This document shows positions 27,451-36,259 of a stretch of DNA of 60,403 nt, piece by piece (within the stretch, counting starts at the first letter, position 1; each line of letters opens with the position of its first letter). The DNA lies in contig FR884157.1 in assembly GCA_000435515.1 (NCBI GenBank), positions 17,920 to 78,322 on the forward strand, in the 5' to 3' direction. Source of the stretch: Firmicutes bacterium CAG:582 (lineage in GTDB: Bacteria > Bacillota_I > Bacilli_A > RF39 > UBA660). The notes beneath the pieces were generated by a model. It saw only the letters and a list, made by a program, of their open reading frames with translations. It did not search any database and was not told the origin of the DNA. The translations under genes and the position numbers were made by a program.

Positions 27451-28686
27451 ATGCTTTTAAATATTAAGATAGACAACTATAAAGGTGTAAGTAATAATAT
27501 TAATATTTCTTGTATTGCATCAAATAAAATTAAACATTCTAATAATGATATTTCGAAAATTTCTGAAAAAACAAAGATATTAAAAAATATATGCATAATT
27601 GGTAGTAACGCAAGTGGTAAAACAAGTATATTAAATGCTATAGAAACTGTGCAAGATTTTCTTTTGTTTCCTCATAGGAAAAGCATTTCGAATAACAAAG
27701 ATTTTGATAGTTTTATAAAAAGAATGACACCAGAAGAATTAAAAAAATTTTTAATAGATATAAATACTTTAAAGCTTGGAGAACAAAATAATCTTCGTTC
27801 TAAAGATAAAAGCACTATAGTTTTAGAATTATTTATACCAAAAAGAAAAAATAATATTTCAGGTATATATACTTATACATTAATGTACAAAAGCAATTAT
27901 AAGGAATCCGGCGTTTTATTAGAAAAATTAGAGTATAAAAAAAATTTTGACAGTAAGAAAAATGAAGTTATCTGTTTAGCAAATAATATTATTGAAAGTG
28001 AAATAACTACTACTTTGTTATACCAAAACAACAATAGTAAAAATCAAGAAAAAAATATTGATGATAGAATTAAGTATTATAATACATTTTTTAATGAAAT
28101 GATAAAGCATGTATCGTATTTGGATGGTAGTGAAGGTGTAGATTTGCTTGAAGCCTTTAATAAACATGGTAATAAGTTTGTTGAACTATGTAACATTGCA
28201 GATGATAAAATAATTGATATTACACTTGATGAAAATGAAAAAAAACCAAAAATCTTATTTTGGAATTCAAAAAAAACTTTCTTAACTTTTCCTCAATTAT
28301 CAAACGGAACTAGAAAAATATTAGTTATAGGATCTATTATTCTAGATGCATTAGAAAAAAATAATTTATTGCTTATTGATGAAATAGAATTAAGCCTTCA
28401 CCCAACACTAGTAAATTTTTTAATAAATTTAAATTCTTCAAAGGATTTTAATCATTTTTCTCAATTGATATTTACAACACATTCTCCATTTGTTGCCTTT
28501 TCTATGACAAATGATCAATTATATTATATTAATAATAAAAATAACAATTATTATATATCTAGTATAAGTAACGCTATAAAAAACAATATAATTACAAAAG
28601 ATAAAAATCCTGAAAAAGCTTGGATTGAAGATTTGTTAATTAAAAATCCCGATTTAAATAAAATAAAACATTTTTTAAATAATTAA
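27451..28686 (+). CDS. ABC/SMC-like AAA ATPase (AAA_21-type, defence-island type)
   Basis: Walker A GSNASGKTS, signature-like LSNGTRK, Walker B LLLIDEIELSLHP and FTTHSP. 411 aa. Confidence 0.8.
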   Translation: MLLNIKIDNYKGVSNNINISCIASNKIKHSNNDISKISEKTKILKNICIIGSNASGKTSILNAIETVQDFLLFPHRKSISNNKDFDSFIKRMTPEELKKFLIDINTLKLGEQNNLRSKDKSTIVLELFIPKRKNNISGIYTYTLMYKSNYKESGVLLEKLEYKKNFDSKKNEVICLANNIIESEITTTLLYQNNNSKNQEKNIDDRIKYYNTFFNEMIKHVSYLDGSEGVDLLEAFNKHGNKFVELCNIADDKIIDITLDENEKKPKILFWNSKKTFLTFPQLSNGTRKILVIGSIILDALEKNNLLLIDEIELSLHPTLVNFLINLNSSKDFNHFSQLIFTTHSPFVAFSMTNDQLYYINNKNNNYYISSISNAIKNNIITKDKNPEKAWIEDLLIKNPDLNKIKHFLNN

Positions 28687-28688
28687 TA

Positions 28689-28720
28689 AAAAGATTCAGT
28701 TTAGTTTGAATCTTTTTTTG
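28689..28720. terminator. bidirectional intrinsic terminator
   Basis: aagattca-gtttagtt-tgaatctt, flanked by an A-run and a T-run. Confidence 0.6.
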
Positions 28721-28721
28721 T

Positions 28722-29072
28722 TTAATAATATTTTTCCAGTTTTAATGGATTTCTACCAGTGATTTTTAGATTATATTTTATATTTAATATCTTTTCTATG
28801 GATGGAATTATAATATCAATATCGCATCTACAATTAAAAATATCTACTGCAGAATTAATATGATTATATAGTTTACTATCATCTAAGCATCCTCTTGAAT
28901 AACTATTTGCAATATAAAATGCTACTGCATCTGGTATTACATATCTAATTATATACTCTTCAAAATTATCATAGAAAGGTAAATACTTTTCTTGAAATTC
29001 TTCATCAGATATATTTCCTTCTTCCATTAATTCTTTTTCTTTTGTGTAACTCATATTATAACTAATCTCCAT
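28722..29072 (-). CDS. hypothetical protein (116 aa) at the right end of the element
   Basis: ORF only; acidic N-terminus. It starts 39 nt inside the right inverted repeat. Confidence 0.4.
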   Translation of the reverse strand: MEISYNMSYTKEKELMEEGNISDEEFQEKYLPFYDNFEEYIIRYVIPDAVAFYIANSYSRGCLDDSKLYNHINSAVDIFNCRCDIDIIIPSIEKILNIKYNLKITGRNPLKLEKYY

Positions 29073-29110
29073 TTCTTACTATATTTTTGGCTTTAATTGT
29101 TATACATAGT

Positions 29111-29131
29111 CGTTACACAATGATTATTGCC
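29111..29131. repeat. right terminal inverted repeat / att half-sites
   Basis: cgttacacAAtgattattgcc is the reverse complement of 16364-16384 except for the central dinucleotide. Confidence 0.85.
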
Positions 29132-29395
29132 TCCTCCTGCATTTATGTGATTAGACACAACAATAACATTACTATCATTTCCAAAAGCATTCTTAATTCT
29201 ATTGACTCTTTGAGTTGGACTCAATGTTTCATCTATTTCTCTTGTAATATAAACAGGTATTCCAAGTCTTTTTAACTCATCATACATTATTTTGCTAATT
29301 GCTAAAGTCATATTTTTTTCAATTATATCATTTCCACTTGCACCATTATCAGTACCACCATGACCAGGGTCAATTATAATCTTATAATTATTCAT
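29130..29395 (-). pseudogene. N-terminal fragment of N-acetylmuramoyl-L-alanine amidase (Amidase_3)
   Basis: MNNYKIIIDPGHGGTDNGASGN..EK...L........LGIPVYITR..D..LS...R.......NVIVVSNHINAGGG, then 7 element-derived codons and a stop. SD aggtga. Confidence 0.85.
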
Positions 29396-29418
29396 AGTAT
29401 CACCTAAAATAGTGTATG

Positions 29419-29459
29419 AAAAAAAATGAAATATGGCACTTTTCATATTTCATTTTTTA
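29419..29459. terminator. bidirectional intrinsic terminator between the HEPN-like gene and the amidase start
   Basis: 10-bp stem atgaaatatg / catatttcat, flanked by A7 and T6. Confidence 0.6.
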
Positions 29460-29498
29460 TTAAGTTTTACATACCATAAATTAATATTAATATACAAT

Positions 29499-30635
29499 TT
29501 AAATTTTTTTTATTCTATCATATTTAAAATCTTTGAGCATTTCATACTTGTTAAAATATTTATACATTATATTTTTCAGAATATTTCTCAATTCTAAATT
29601 AAGATGACCTATAATCCAATTTTCTTCCTTATATTCACCATAATCAAATGTAAAATTTTTCAAATAGTTCTTTTTATACTTAAATAACTCTTTTTTTAAA
29701 CTATTAAAATTACCATGAATTAATCTTGATCTAATATCATATATAAGTGTAGAAAAATTTTCTACATCAATTTCGTTTTCAAATTCTATTGATAGATCAT
29801 CGACAAAAAATTTTAATTTATCTTTTAATTGGCTTCTTGTATCTCTTACTGGGTTAATAATCAGCATTTCAATTAATAAAACATAATTTAACAAAGAATA
29901 TTGACTTTTATCTGCTGATAGCAAAATTTCTGCAATAAAATCCAGTTTAAAATATTCATCAGAGTTAACAACAATTTTGTCATATTTTTTGCCAAATTTT
30001 ATTAATCCATTTATTTTATTAGCAAATTCTGAATTGTAATTTTTATAATATTTATAAAATATATAAGATTGGTTTTCTTCTCTACTTTTGTATGTTTTCT
30101 GCATAAGCATATTAAATATATAACTATCCGGCCAATCAGAGCAACCAGTATTAAACAAGATGTCAAGGTCATTTCTCTTTTTACCTTTACTTCTCTCCAC
30201 AAAATTATATAAAAATAAAAATTTATATTCTATATCATATTCATTAGTAGGATTAATTAATGGCGTTTTATGAAGTTCCTTAGAGAGTTCATCTTCTTTA
30301 CACTCAGAGAAAATTTCATCACCCACTAGTAGCGAACTTTCAGAATATTCATAGTCAAATACAATTATATATTTTGAAATTAATGATAATATTTGAGCTG
30401 CAGTTAATTTAGAAATATCTTTTTTTAATAATCCTGAATAGTATTCATCATTTAAACTACTTAATATTTTTTTCCTAAAATGGTAATCTTTTTCAAAATT
30501 TCGATGATAATCTTCATATAAAAGATACTTAATTTCTTGTCTAAAAAATTTACAATCAGCATTTTTTATATATAAGCCTAACCTTTTAGAAATGCATATA
30601 GGATTTATTTTTTTTAAGCATTCTATTCCCAACAT
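29499..30635 (-). CDS. hypothetical protein with C-terminal HEPN-like Rx4H motif (Abi/Apea-like)
   Basis: 378 aa. YDIRSRLIHGNF fits the HEPN R-x4-H motif in a helical context. Strong SD aggagg. Confidence 0.5.
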   Translation of the reverse strand: MLGIECLKKINPICISKRLGLYIKNADCKFFRQEIKYLLYEDYHRNFEKDYHFRKKILSSLNDEYYSGLLKKDISKLTAAQILSLISKYIIVFDYEYSESSLLVGDEIFSECKEDELSKELHKTPLINPTNEYDIEYKFLFLYNFVERSKGKKRNDLDILFNTGCSDWPDSYIFNMLMQKTYKSREENQSYIFYKYYKNYNSEFANKINGLIKFGKKYDKIVVNSDEYFKLDFIAEILLSADKSQYSLLNYVLLIEMLIINPVRDTRSQLKDKLKFFVDDLSIEFENEIDVENFSTLIYDIRSRLIHGNFNSLKKELFKYKKNYLKNFTFDYGEYKEENWIIGHLNLELRNILKNIMYKYFNKYEMLKDFKYDRIKKI

Positions 30636-30749
30636 AATAGAAACCTCCTAATAAAAATTATAGCATAATAAAAGATACTTTTTTAGCAACATTTCTTAAA
30701 GCCTTTATGCATTTTATTTGTTAAATTTATTGCTTTTTCATTTTTCTTT

Positions 30750-31384
30750 TTATTTTAAACTATCAGTGAATGTTTTTATGTCCGCTTCACTCGCACTTGA
30801 TGAAAATCTTTGACCTGTTTTCCAATTTCCACCATTTGCCATCTCTTCAAGCAACTTTTCACTTTGACCAAGTCCACTTGATGCTGAAGTACAAAATGGA
30901 ATAATTGTTTTACCAGTAAAATCATTATCTTTTACAAAATTATTTACTGGCCAAGCAGCTATTCCCCACCAAATTGGATATCCAATTAAAACTGTATCAT
31001 AACTATCTCAGTTATCAACTTTAGTATTAGTTAATTCTACATTTCTTAAAGATTCATCATTATGTTCTTTTGAAACTCTTGAATTTTCATTTGACCAATT
31101 CAAATCATCTGATGTATAAATATCCTTTGGTATAATTTCAAATATGTCGGCATTTAAATTATTAGCTATCTTTTTAGCAACATCTTCAGTATGACTTTGA
31201 GCAGAATAATAAACAACCAAATTTTTTCCATTAGATGTATTAGTATTACTATCATTTATAATTGTCTGTTATTATTTTCAGCTGCATTATCATTTACTTT
31301 GTTTTTATTAATTACAAAATAAACTCCAACTCCCATCCCAATTACTATTAATATTACTATAATTATTGATAAAACTTTTTTCAT
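30750..31384 (-). pseudogene. membrane-anchored flavodoxin-family gene, disrupted
   Basis: An N-terminal anchor ORF (MKKVLSIIIVILIV...) is out of frame with the flavodoxin core (VVYYSAQSHTEDVAKKIA...). An in-frame TGA at 31008-31010 precedes DSYDTVLIGYPIWWG... Confidence 0.7.
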
Positions 31385-31393
31385 ATATTCTCC

Positions 31394-32283
31394 CTACCAA
31401 TTCTTCTTATCTTTACGACAATCTTCATTATCTCTTCTTGATTTTACAATCTCGTCAAACCATTCAACCATTTTTGGATCTTGATGATAAAAAAATAAAC
31501 TATTTTGTGTATTCAATTTATTAATTTCTTTCATGTCTTCATCAGTTAATTTAAAATCAAATACATTGAAATTTTCTTCCATACGTTCAATATGAGTTGA
31601 TTTGCATGCAATAATAACACCTCTTTCAATTAACCATCTAAGCATTACTTGAGCAGAAGATTTACTATATTTTTTACCAATATTAATTAAAACTTCATTT
31701 TCAAATAAACCATTTCTTCTTTCTCCAAAAGGTGCCCATGCTTCCATTTTAACTCCATATTTTTTCATATTTTCTTGTGCTTTTACTTGAGCATTAAGAG
31801 GATTTACTTCAATTTGATTGATTGCAGAACAACTTTTCTTCCAAATAAACAAATATCACTTAATCTATCAGGATAAAAATTTGACACTCCAATTGCTCTA
31901 ATTTTTCCTTCATGATATAGATCTTCTAAAGCACGATATGCTCCATAATAATCAGCAAAATGTTGATAAAGTAAAACTAAATCAATATAATCAGTTTTAA
32001 GCTTCTTTAATGATTCCATAACCGACTTTTTACAATTTTCATAACCATAATTATCTATCCATACCTTATTAGTAATAAATAATTCCTCTCTTGGAACACC
32101 ACATTCCACTATAGCATCTCCAACTTCACTTTCATTAAAATAACTTTGAGCTATATCGATACTTCTAAATCCCACTTTAATTGCATAAAGTACACATCTC
32201 TTAGTATCCTCTTTAGGTATTTGATAAACACCAAAACCTAGTATAGGCATTTTTACTCCATTATTAAGTTCAACATATTCCAT
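31394..32283 (-). pseudogene. aldo/keto reductase gene split by a frameshift
   Basis: The 159-aa ORF (..GFRSIDIAQSY.NE..VG...IGVSNFYPDRL) and the 152-aa ORF (..AINQIEVNP...WAPFG...) are two halves of one AKR. The frame changes near 31825-31835 at an A-rich run. Confidence 0.8.
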
Positions 32284-32402
32284 ATAATCATTTCTTTCTA
32301 TGAATATAAACTGACTTCAAATTCTTCTTACTCTATAATCATAAATGTCGGAGGTTACTCACGGTCAAGTATAAAATTAAATTTGTAAAGGAGAAATACA
32401 TA

Positions 32403-32750
32403 ATGACTAACAAGGCTTTATGTTCACTGAAAGAAACATGTGAAAAAGCTAGATTTTCCTATGACACATTAAAATTTTATTGCAATGAGGGATTAATTCC
32501 AAATGTCAACAGGAACAAAAGCAATTATCGAGTATTTGACGATAATGATATAAATTGGATAAAAAATCTATCATGTTAAAAAAAATGTGGAATGAACATC
32601 ATAGAAATGAAAAAATATTTAGATTTATGTTTAAAAGGGAAATCATCTATTCCACAAAAAAAAAGTTCTTGATATAAAGCTTCAAAAACTAGAAGAAAGA
32701 AAAAAAGAATATTTTAGTTATTTAATAAAAACAGAAAATGATGGGGAATA
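32403..32750 (+). pseudogene. MerR-family regulator gene with a nonsense codon and a poly-A frameshift
   Basis: My own translation gives MTNKALCSLKETCEKARFSYDTLKFYCNEGLIPNV.R...NYRVFDDNDINWIKNLSC-TAA(32577)-KKCGMNIIEMKKYL. The frame then shifts in the A9 run at 32656-32664 to ..LDIKLQKLEERKKEY.. Confidence 0.65.
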
Positions 32751-32770
32751 ACCATCATTTTTTATATACT

Positions 32771-33532
32771 CTAGCTAACTTTCGTTTCATAAAGCAAATT
32801 AGATTTATTTATTACTTTATCTAATTTAGTTATATCGTTACTTTTATATATTTTATTTATATGTGATAAACTTTGTTTAGTATAATATACTTTTTTTCTC
32901 TTTTTTAAACAACTATCACTTACATATAAATCATTTGTATAAGTGTTCTCACTTAAATCATAACCAGTAAATTCATCAAACTTCTCACTTCTATTTATTA
33001 TTGTTCCAAGATTTTCATAATATGTAACAAAAGCTAAACATTCATTTTCATATTCAAAATAAACATATTTTGTATTTCCAAGCACTGGAGTAGTAAGTTT
33101 TAATGAATGATTTTCAAAAGACACATTCATCGTACGTTTATCATAATTTTGTTTAATATAAACATAGTTTAATAAAAAATTAAAGACAATAACCGATATT
33201 AAGAAAACAGCAACAAACAAAATGACTAAGTTAAAAATCCTAATAGTTTTATTTTTAAGTTCCACAGTTCCAACTACATCTATCATATTTTTCTCAAACT
33301 TATCCTGATATTCATCTTTTTTCAATTTCTCTCCGGATAAGAATTCATTAATTGATATTCCTAAAACTTCACATATTGAATTATACATGGACATATCCGG
33401 CATACATTTTCCATTTTCCCATCTTGATATACTTCTACTATTAACATTTAATTTTTCAGCTAACTCTTCCTGAGTTAAGTTACACTCTTTACGCCTTTCA
33501 GCAATAAACTTCCCAATTTTTTCTTGATTCAT
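32771..33532 (-). CDS. XRE-family HTH protein with a membrane-spanning segment and C-terminal domain
   Basis: IGKFIAERRKECNLTQEELAEKLNVNSRSISRWENGK is an HTH_3 motif. One central TM helix. Confidence 0.75.
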   Translation of the reverse strand: MNQEKIGKFIAERRKECNLTQEELAEKLNVNSRSISRWENGKCMPDMSMYNSICEVLGISINEFLSGEKLKKDEYQDKFEKNMIDVVGTVELKNKTIRIFNLVILFVAVFLISVIVFNFLLNYVYIKQNYDKRTMNVSFENHSLKLTTPVLGNTKYVYFEYENECLAFVTYYENLGTIINRSEKFDEFTGYDLSENTYTNDLYVSDSCLKKRKKVYYTKQSLSHINKIYKSNDITKLDKVINKSNLLYETKVS

Positions 33533-33603
33533 AACTTCCTTCCTTTCTGTCTTTATACTACAAAATATATTTTATATAATACACGACATAAAGTGAGAAT
33601 TAC

Positions 33604-34434
33604 TTATTTTTCATTATATTCATCCAAGAAACTTTTATATTCACCATTCTTTTTAGTTCCTAAGACACAGTTTAAATTAACATTATCCATACTTTTAAAT
33701 ATATTATGATCAATTTCTCTATTAATTTGTCTCATCTTTTTTACTAATTCTTTCATTTCTTTTCTTTTACTTGTTCCATCATTGATTAAAGAACAACCTT
33801 CAGTAAATCTACAAGCACAGTTGATAAATGTAAGTTCATTATAATTTCTCCAAGAAATAATAGCGCCCTCTTTTACCAAATAAAGAGGTCTGATAAGTTC
33901 AAGTCCTTCATAATTATCAGAATGAAGTTTAGGCATCATAGTTTTAATTTCAGCTCCATAAAACATTGAAAGTAAAGTTGTTTCAATAACATCATCAAAA
34001 TGATGACCCAAAGCTATTTTATTACATCCAATTTCTTTTGCTTTATTATATAAATAACCTCTACGCATTTTTGCACATAAATAACAAGGACTTTTAGAAT
34101 CAATTGTCGATACAACATCAAAAATATCACTTTCAAATATTTCAATTGGAATATTAAGAATACGCGCATTATCCTCAATGTATTTACGGTTATACTCATT
34201 ATATCCAGGATCCATTACCACATATCTAGCTTCAAAATTAATTTTGCCATGACGTTTTAATTCCTGAATACATTTAGCAAGTAAAAATGAATCCTTTCCT
34301 CCACTTATGCAAACCATTATTTTATCATTATCTTGAATAAGTTCATAAGTCTTAACAGCTTCAATAAATTTAGACCATATTTCCTTACGATATTTCTTTA
34401 TAATACTTTTTTCAATTTCTTTATACTTCTCCAT
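33604..34434 (-). CDS. ttcA: TtcA-family PP-loop ATPase (tRNA thiolation enzyme family)
   Basis: PP-loop CISGGKDS, ALGHHFDDVIETTLLSMFYG, and Cys motifs CYLC / CACRF. Confidence 0.65.
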   Translation of the reverse strand: MEKYKEIEKSIIKKYRKEIWSKFIEAVKTYELIQDNDKIMVCISGGKDSFLLAKCIQELKRHGKINFEARYVVMDPGYNEYNRKYIEDNARILNIPIEIFESDIFDVVSTIDSKSPCYLCAKMRRGYLYNKAKEIGCNKIALGHHFDDVIETTLLSMFYGAEIKTMMPKLHSDNYEGLELIRPLYLVKEGAIISWRNYNELTFINCACRFTEGCSLINDGTSKRKEMKELVKKMRQINREIDHNIFKSMDNVNLNCVLGTKKNGEYKSFLDEYNEK

Positions 34435-34448
34435 AACACACCTAAATT

Positions 34449-35558
34449 CTAACCGATAATATTATTCATCACTTCAATAAATTTATCAATTTCCGCGTTC
34501 GTTGTCAAATGACTTAAACTAATTCTAATTGAAGAACTAGCAAGTCCTTTATTTTTAGTAACTGCATATACAAGTTTAGATGGTGTTTCAATCGGACAAC
34601 AAGATGTTTTAGTAGAAACATATATTTCTGAATCGTTGAGTCTTTTTTGAAGATCATTAGACTTCCTATTTTGAACACTAAAATTAATAATATAAGGTAT
34701 TGAATTATCATTGCTGTTTATTGTAATATCCTTTTTACCTTTTAAATATTCAACAATTCTATTATTCTTATCTATAACGGAAATACGTCTTTTTTCCATA
34801 TTTTCCAAAGACTTTTTAAGAGCAATAGAAGCAGATGCAATCAAGGCTGTATCCGGTGTACCACTTCGATAAATCGTACTAGATTTTCCTCCATTGATTT
34901 GAGGCTTTAAAAACACATTATCACGTTTTACTAAAATACCTACTCCAGAAAGTCCATAAAACTTATGAGGTGTAATAGTTATTAAATCAACATCGCTGTA
35001 ATCAATATTAACTTTACCAATAGCTTGACTAGCATCAGTATGAAAAAAACAATTTGGATATTCCTTTAAAATAGAAGCAATTTCCTCAATAGGTTCTCTT
35101 ATTCCGAGTTCTGAATCAACAGAAGTAATACTTACTAAGATGGTATCATCTCTTAACATTTTCTTTAATTCATCAATGTTAATAATTCCATACTTATCAA
35201 CAGGAATAATCTCAACCTCAAAACCAAGTTCTTGTAAATATGTACAAGACGATACAATTGAATTATGTTCTAAAGAACTTATAAGTATATGCTTTCCCCT
35301 ACTTTTATATCTTTCACATACGCCTTTAATAACTAAATTGTTGCTTTCACTTGAACCACTTGTATAAATTATTTCATTCTCTTTAACATTAAGAAGTTTA
35401 GCAATATTCTTAGTAGCTTCAACTATAACCATTTTTGCTTTCATCCCAAGTGTATGATTTGAATTTGGATTCGCATAATATTCTTTAGAAACGCGAATAA
35501 ATTCATTTAAAACTTCATCATCTACCGGAGTTGAAGCAGCATAATCTAAATAGATCAT
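34449..35558 (-). CDS. cysteine desulfurase (NifS/IscS-like class V aminotransferase)
   Basis: MIYLDYAASTP.. start, ...SSLEHNS..., HKFYG (PLP-Lys) and the C-terminal Cys loop ..TKTSCC.. Confidence 0.8.
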   Translation of the reverse strand: MIYLDYAASTPVDDEVLNEFIRVSKEYYANPNSNHTLGMKAKMVIVEATKNIAKLLNVKENEIIYTSGSSESNNLVIKGVCERYKSRGKHILISSLEHNSIVSSCTYLQELGFEVEIIPVDKYGIINIDELKKMLRDDTILVSITSVDSELGIREPIEEIASILKEYPNCFFHTDASQAIGKVNIDYSDVDLITITPHKFYGLSGVGILVKRDNVFLKPQINGGKSSTIYRSGTPDTALIASASIALKKSLENMEKRRISVIDKNNRIVEYLKGKKDITINSNDNSIPYIINFSVQNRKSNDLQKRLNDSEIYVSTKTSCCPIETPSKLVYAVTKNKGLASSSIRISLSHLTTNAEIDKFIEVMNNIIG

Positions 35559-35559
35559 A

Positions 35560-36036
35560 TTATTTCACTGGACCTTTCCAATTTTCAAACTTATCTTTAT
35601 AACTCTCAACATAACTTGCATCAATTACAATTTTCTCGCCCTTAATCGTTTTTTTCTCAACTGGAGCTGGATTGCATCCACCTTTTTCAACACCTATTTT
35701 ATCAATATGGAATTTATTCTTACAATTTTGACATTCCAAATATTCTCCTTTTTGAATAAAATAGGCTGTTGGTGATGGATTACAAGCTTGACATGTATTA
35801 AATGCAATTCTAACTACACCATCAGTTCCTCTAACAAGTATAAATTGAACTATTACTCCATCAACTTCATAATTTGCATAAGTTGCTTCACTAGTAATAT
35901 TTTCAGTATTAATCTCAATTTCATTTTTTATATTTTTACTTAATTCCATATATTTATTGGTAGTTTCACTTTTAGAACAACTACACATCATCATAGTTAA
36001 AAATATCACAAAAAACGAAAATATGATTTTTTTCAT
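35560..36036 (-). CDS. DUF2318-type Cys-rich lipoprotein
   Basis: Lipobox MMCSCS. NTCQACNP...CQNCKNKF...GGCNPAP is the pattern typical of DUF2318. Confidence 0.55.
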   Translation of the reverse strand: MKKIIFSFFVIFLTMMMCSCSKSETTNKYMELSKNIKNEIEINTENITSEATYANYEVDGVIVQFILVRGTDGVVRIAFNTCQACNPSPTAYFIQKGEYLECQNCKNKFHIDKIGVEKGGCNPAPVEKKTIKGEKIVIDASYVESYKDKFENWKGPVK

Positions 36037-36257
36037 AGAGTTACCTCAAGAGTATATCCTAAATCGCTTATACATTTTTCTATAACTGACATTTCAAGAG
36101 TTCCAACATATTCTATCACAACTTTACCGTTTTTTAAATCCACTTTAACACCTTTAACTCCATCAATGTTAAGAAAAGATTTTTTCACTGAAGAAACACA
36201 ATGAGAACAACTCATACCTTTAACAATTATTTCTAATTTATTATTTTTTTTAAACAT
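36033..36257 (-). CDS. copZ: copper chaperone, heavy-metal-associated domain
   Basis: 74 aa with GMSCSHCVSSV, a ferredoxin-like HMA motif. Confidence 0.8.
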   Translation of the reverse strand: MFKKNNKLEIIVKGMSCSHCVSSVKKSFLNIDGVKGVKVDLKNGKVVIEYVGTLEMSVIEKCISDLGYTLEVTL

Positions 36258-36259
36258 AT

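Larger units (their letters stand above)
16363..29131. mobile_element. ~12.8-kb integrative element with a large serine recombinase, inserted in the amidase gene, carrying defence-type cargo
   Basis: It is flanked by two collinear halves of one Amidase_3 gene. Its termini are 21-bp inverted repeats. A serine recombinase gene lies ~0.9 kb from the left end. A shared CC dinucleotide at both junctions restores the frame when the flanks are joined. Confidence 0.8.

Noticed and set aside
16363-29131. The 12.8-kb element might be a prophage.
   Set aside because: It has no terminase, portal, capsid, tail or holin genes. The content is recombinase, regulator remnant, R-M, TA-like and ATPase genes. 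An integrative defence island or intervening element fits better.
29411-29418. The CATACACT sequence upstream of the amidase start resembles the -10 of mother-cell sigma factors (sigE/sigK). That would support sporulation-specific expression.
   Set aside because: The candidate -35 (ATATT) is only 11 nt away, whereas the expected spacing is about 14-17 nt. The -10 ends ~5 nt before the SD, which leaves almost no leader. This is suggestive at best and is not reported as a feature.
19494-31010. The in-frame TGA codons in the wHTH gene (19494-19496) and the flavodoxin gene (31008-31010) might indicate genetic code 4 (TGA = Trp).
   Set aside because: All long conserved genes in the window are uninterrupted under the standard code and encode Trp with TGG. 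TGA also ends at least one ordinary gene (10750-10752). Nonsense mutations are the simpler reading.
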